Assembly: GCA_964036045.1 (NCBI GenBank)
Contig: OZ038378.1
Location: 187,426,001 to 187,490,000 of the forward strand
Length of the DNA stretch: 64,000 nt
Source of the DNA: Eutreptiella sp. 'Long Island Sound 2002'
Taxonomy: Eukaryota; Protista; Euglenida
Direction: 5' to 3'
The notes beneath the pieces are model-generated. The model worked only from the letters and a program-made list of their open reading frames with translations. It did not search any database and was not told the DNA's origin. Positions 59,832 to 64,000 of the stretch are shown piece after piece. The position numbers were made by a program, and so were the translations under genes. Position 1 is the stretch's first letter, and every line of letters begins with the position of its first letter.

Positions 59832-62800
59832 GCATTTCATGTTATTATGCACTGTGCCCTGGCGGTGCATCCGGCCCAAAAATCTCATTGGGCCGTGGGA
59901 AAAGGAACACAGGAAACTGTCACGTTGCCGTTTGACCAACATTGACTCTGCAACAAGCGTACCCTGTTCAGCAGCTGTTTGTGCTGTGCTGACAGGGAAA
60001 ACCAGAGCAAGGGTAGAGGGCATGGGTGTGAGAGCAAGAGTGATTGGACAAAAGGGTTCAACCAGGGCGCTTCTGTTGGAAAGAACCCCCTGAAGACAAA
60101 AGAATGGGACCCAAGCAACTTTTGTTCTGTTGTACCCCAGCACATTTTTCCTTTCAATACCCAATCATTCTGGCTACAGCCCAAAAAAATACAGGGGTTA
60201 CGCCAGACACGATTCAATCTACTAGATGTGCAAAATTGGTCACATGAAATGCCCATCCAGCAAATATGCAACTTGAGTGCCTCACAGGACCCCAACCAGG
60301 GCATGTGCGTTCGTAAGTACGCAGGAATTGAGGGCTTTCGCTCTTGTTCCGAGGATGAGGTGTAGGATCATTCCTCCAGAAAAGTGAGTCCTGAGCGCCA
60401 TAGACAGACCAGATAATAAGGAACGTCTGCTTTCGACAATATCTCTGTCGGCAGTCCCATGACACAGCCCTCCGGATGCAGTCCGGCATAGGGCACAACA
60501 TGTATTCAATCATAATAAACGGCGGGCTTCCATGGGGGACCAGGCAGCAAAGAGATTGTTCAAGATACAAAAATGCTTTATTGACTAGGTCAGAAAGTGC
60601 AACAACTTTGGGAACAAATTGGGGGGCGGAGGCCATCGGGCACGGGGTCCATAACCGGAAACAGAAGCGGGGAGGTTCGATAAAGGCGTCTGGAAACCCG
60701 CCAGTCTCGCCCGCCGATCCCCCGCTGGTACCCCACGCTGAAACCCCAAGGGACCTCCCCAGACCCCCTCTGGGGGCAGGACTGGGGGCTGGGGAAAGAG
60801 GGATCACTAACGCCCCCCTACCCTACCACCACCACCGCCCTGCGGGTCAAGGCCGAGTGGCGAAAAAAATATTTTACTGAAGTGCTCATTAGGGCAAAAG
60901 CGTGTGAGACGTTTGAAGATGATGGTCGGCCAAAAAAGGGGAATGCAGTGGTGATCCGCAGGTGGACCAACAGAATCGTGAACACGTCAGCCATCCCTCC
61001 ATCGGACAGGCGGACGGACCGATCCCCCCACCCCCACGCCTCAACCGCTCAACGCCGGTCGCAAGGCACCGGGACTGGGTCTCGGGAACACAGATGTCAT
61101 GCGCCGGTGCAGCAGCAATGGCAAACAGATTTCTGGGATCGAATCCCGAATTGCGATCTCCGGCGCCCCTAATTCGGTGGAGGGGGGCAGGCAGGGCAGC
61201 GCTCCCCGAACAGCGGAGGGCTGGTTGGGCACCATGCCCCCAGTGCAATGCCTTTTCTATGACCTGCAAGGCCTTCCCCGAAGCACAGTCCTGTACCTCC
61301 GTGAATGCGTCACAGCACAGTCGATGGAGACGTTTAAATGGACGGAATTCACCGAAAGAAACAGCGCGGCATCGAGCTTTTTTTTAAAGGGGAGATGTGT
61401 ATGCAGTAATGCGCCGGTTTAGATGTCCTACGTTTGTTGGGGGCAACGCAGGGCTGTCCTTACAGTCACCCCCCCCCTTCGCCCGCCCCAGAACGACTCC
61501 CCAACTCCGATCTCAACAGTAAACCAGACATCAATCAGCGGCTACTGTCGGTTACCATTCCAGCGATGTCGGTTGACCACCAACCGCTGCAACCTGTCAA
61601 CCCCATCTGCGACCTGATCCTCAGGCTTACTCCCATGGAAACAACAACAAAAAAAAAACAATTTTCCCCCAAAAAGGATGGCTCTGGGGCTGTGTGACAG
61701 GGCCCCACACGACGGGGGCTCAAACCGCTGGTGTGGAAGGGGTTCGCGGCGGAGTTTGGGAGCAGGTCACCCTGCCCTCCAGTGTGCTGAGCTATCCACT
61801 GGGCCCGTGTGGCAGGCACGGGGCCGTGGCTCGCGAGCGAGACAACAGCCGGCCCCCGGTGGGAGCAAGCCGCCCTGGAGCCGGCGCAAGCGTCAGCGGC
61901 GGGAATCCCTCGCGGGCCCTGCGTCGTGTACCCAGCCCCACTTGGCGGGTCACACCCAGTGAGACCGGCGTGATGGCCCCGGGAGCACCGCACGGGCGAT
62001 CCCACCTCCGCCGCAACGACAAGGGCGACGACGAGGGCTCCTGACCTTGCAGGAAGCAATCTTCGTGTCCCTGCACAAAGCCCCTGGCCCGCCCCCTCAA
62101 GGGCTGTGGAGGGGTCCCCTGTTCCGAACACCCCCCGTCTACCGTCCAAACGGGCCCCGACGACCGACCCCATGTCCCACAGCCGCCCAAGGGGAAGGGG
62201 GCAGGGGCTCCGGACGTGGTCCCGGCAGAATTTTTCGGCTCAGCGCGCTGCCAGACCGCCTGAGCGAGGTGGGCCCTGGGACACACGGGTCTGTTCTTGG
62301 GGGAACAGGGGGTGTTCCTGGCTATAACACCAGAGGTACCCTCCCTGGGGGACAGTGTAGATGACAGGTCAGCGGACATAGGGGCTGAGCTCCACAATCC
62401 TCTTCAGCTTCAACCTTCAAAACCCCTCGGACCCATCAGGGCACGGGGTCACGGCACAGAAGTACGTGGTGGGGGAAACCTTCAGAGGGCTTTTGTTCGT
62501 TGTGAGAAATTTCGCGCTGGAAGGGGTTTGAAGTGATGCTTCAAATCAAACGAAAATCGAACGCACCTTAAGCTTCCTCGCCTCATCTTAGACCGCTGGC
62601 CGCTGCACAGGAGACACTACCCGTCCTCGTCCAATCCGCCCCAAATGCACCAAACAGCGGACATGAAAGTTTGCCAACCTACTGCACTAAGGCTAAGGGG
62701 TGAAAGGGGTGACTGCCTGGTGGTTTAGATGTTTAGACAGAGACTGGTCGAAAGCGTCCCCAGCACTTCTACTGGTACATGGGCATACGGCGGGTCTGGG

Positions 62801-63631
62801 AGTTAAGGGGTACGGACTCTGTGATTGATGTGGGTGAGATTGGTGGCACAGGTGCAGGTGGTTGAGCGCTATAAATCCCACCAAGAGGTAGCAGGGCTCT
62901 AACAGTGAGCACTCGACCCTGGTGCACTGCCCATTCACACACTTCCCCGAATTCCTCCCGCCCCCCCCCCCCCTTGATCGCATGCACATGAAAAGCAATC
63001 AATTGACAAAGTATTGAGGCATTGCTATCCTGGAAATTGGCGGAAGCATCTCAAACAACCGGTGCCGCCTCACGTCAAGTGGGTGGTACGGGACCTTCTG
63101 CCAAGGGCCTGTGGTGAGGCCTGTGGTAAGTAAGCTGCTTAGTGCCGGTATGAGTTTTTGGGATTTCGGGATTTTCTACTTTGCTAGTCCAGACCGCCGA
63201 TGGGGGGAAATTGTTTTTGGCGGGCGAGAGTGGGCCAACTGTCCCTCTGCTCACAGGTGCCGGTCTGCCCCTTGGCGTCCCTCCCACACCGGCACCGGCA
63301 TGCTTCACACCGAGTCTTTCCCATGACGCTTTGTTTGAACGGTGCTCACTAGCACCACTGATGATGTGGGAAATGAACACATGGTTCCTGCACATCGGTG
63401 GTGCACATCGATGGTGCCGTCAATCTTTTCCACGTGCATTGTTTCCACTCTGAACTTCTGAAGCCCGCCCTGTCAGCGAGGGCGTGAAGTCACGCGGCGC
63501 AAACGGACAACCCTGGGCCTGCCCTTTCGCAAGGCCCTGCCACAACAGCCCGTTGCGCAGACCACCCTCTCCCTCCCTCTGCAAAGGCAGGCCCATCAGC
63601 CCCCTTTACAACGCCCTCAACTGCACAAGTG

Positions 63632-63937
63632 TTACGGCGCTGGAAGCCACGGCGCGGAGACGTCAGTGCGAGCGTCCATGGGGTCTGTGGTCTTCGGCCT
63701 GTCGTCGAGCAATGCATTGAAAATGGCGTTGACGAGGGCGTGCGTGGGAAAGAGATTGTCGAAGTGGTTGCTGTCCGAGAGCTCCGAGGCCCAAATCATG
63801 GGCTTGAGGATGCCGAACTGGTCCAGGATGGGCACGTGGCCCCGCCGCAGCAGCGGCACGGTGACGTCATTGTACATCATCAGCCGCTGATTATTGCGCC
63901 AGTCCTTGAGCTGCCGTGTGGCGGGGTGGCCCCCGAC
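63632..63937 (-). CDS. SGNH/GDSL (PC-esterase-like) protein, terminal exon; gene continues beyond the window
   Basis: CCCGTTGCAG acceptor, phase 0. R.N.RL..YN......L......ILDQF......DSNH (DxxH catalytic motif). Stop TAA at 63634-63632. Confidence 0.7.
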   Translation of the reverse strand, partial: VGGHPATRQLKDWRNNQRLMMYNDVTVPLLRRGHVPILDQFGILKPMIWASELSDSNHFDNLFPTHALVNAIFNALLDDRPKTTDPMDARTDVSAPWLPAP

Positions 63938-64000
63938 CTGCAACGGGTGGAAGTAGAAGCAGAGGGAGAGCTTAAGGGCGGGCTCCGGACTCCAGCACAC

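Noticed and set aside
60501-60880. Solo LTR
   Set aside because: A TG start and AATAAA-like motifs are present, but I found no matching CA end, TSD or second copy.

Overview
This is eukaryotic nuclear DNA, repeat-rich and full of G/C homopolymers and microsatellites. It is almost certainly euglenid, and Eutreptiella-like by inference: a 22-nt euglenid spliced-leader (SL) sequence is present and the BT1 transporter is euglenozoan-type. Most of the supplied ORFs are spurious GC-rich or antisense frames. Manual splice-phase reconstruction gives these genes: (1) a 3-exon O-fucosyltransferase-family gene (+, 5373-13140); (2) a partial multi-exon gene of unknown function (-, 14655 to at least 15648); (3) an intronless BT1 folate/biopterin transporter (+, 19235-20965); (4) a 7-exon METTL25-family methyltransferase (+, 27040-38704); (5) a multi-exon Cys-rich/RING-like protein (-, about 49846-55960); (6) an intronless membrane-anchored, bacterial-type amidohydrolase (-, 56116-57681); (7) the last exon of an SGNH/PC-esterase-like gene (-, 63632-63937). 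Every intron I could reconstruct is GT-AG. Introns and intergenic DNA hold many MITE families, decayed transposon ORFs and tandem arrays. The three most interesting signals are: a CAG...(C/T)TG-ended hAT-type MITE whose ends plus an 8-bp TSD would reproduce the euglenid nonconventional-intron geometry (an introner candidate); a genomic SL copy lacking its splice donor; and a 32-bp-period array of palindromic repeats with variable spacers. No databases were searched, so family assignments rest on motif recognition.
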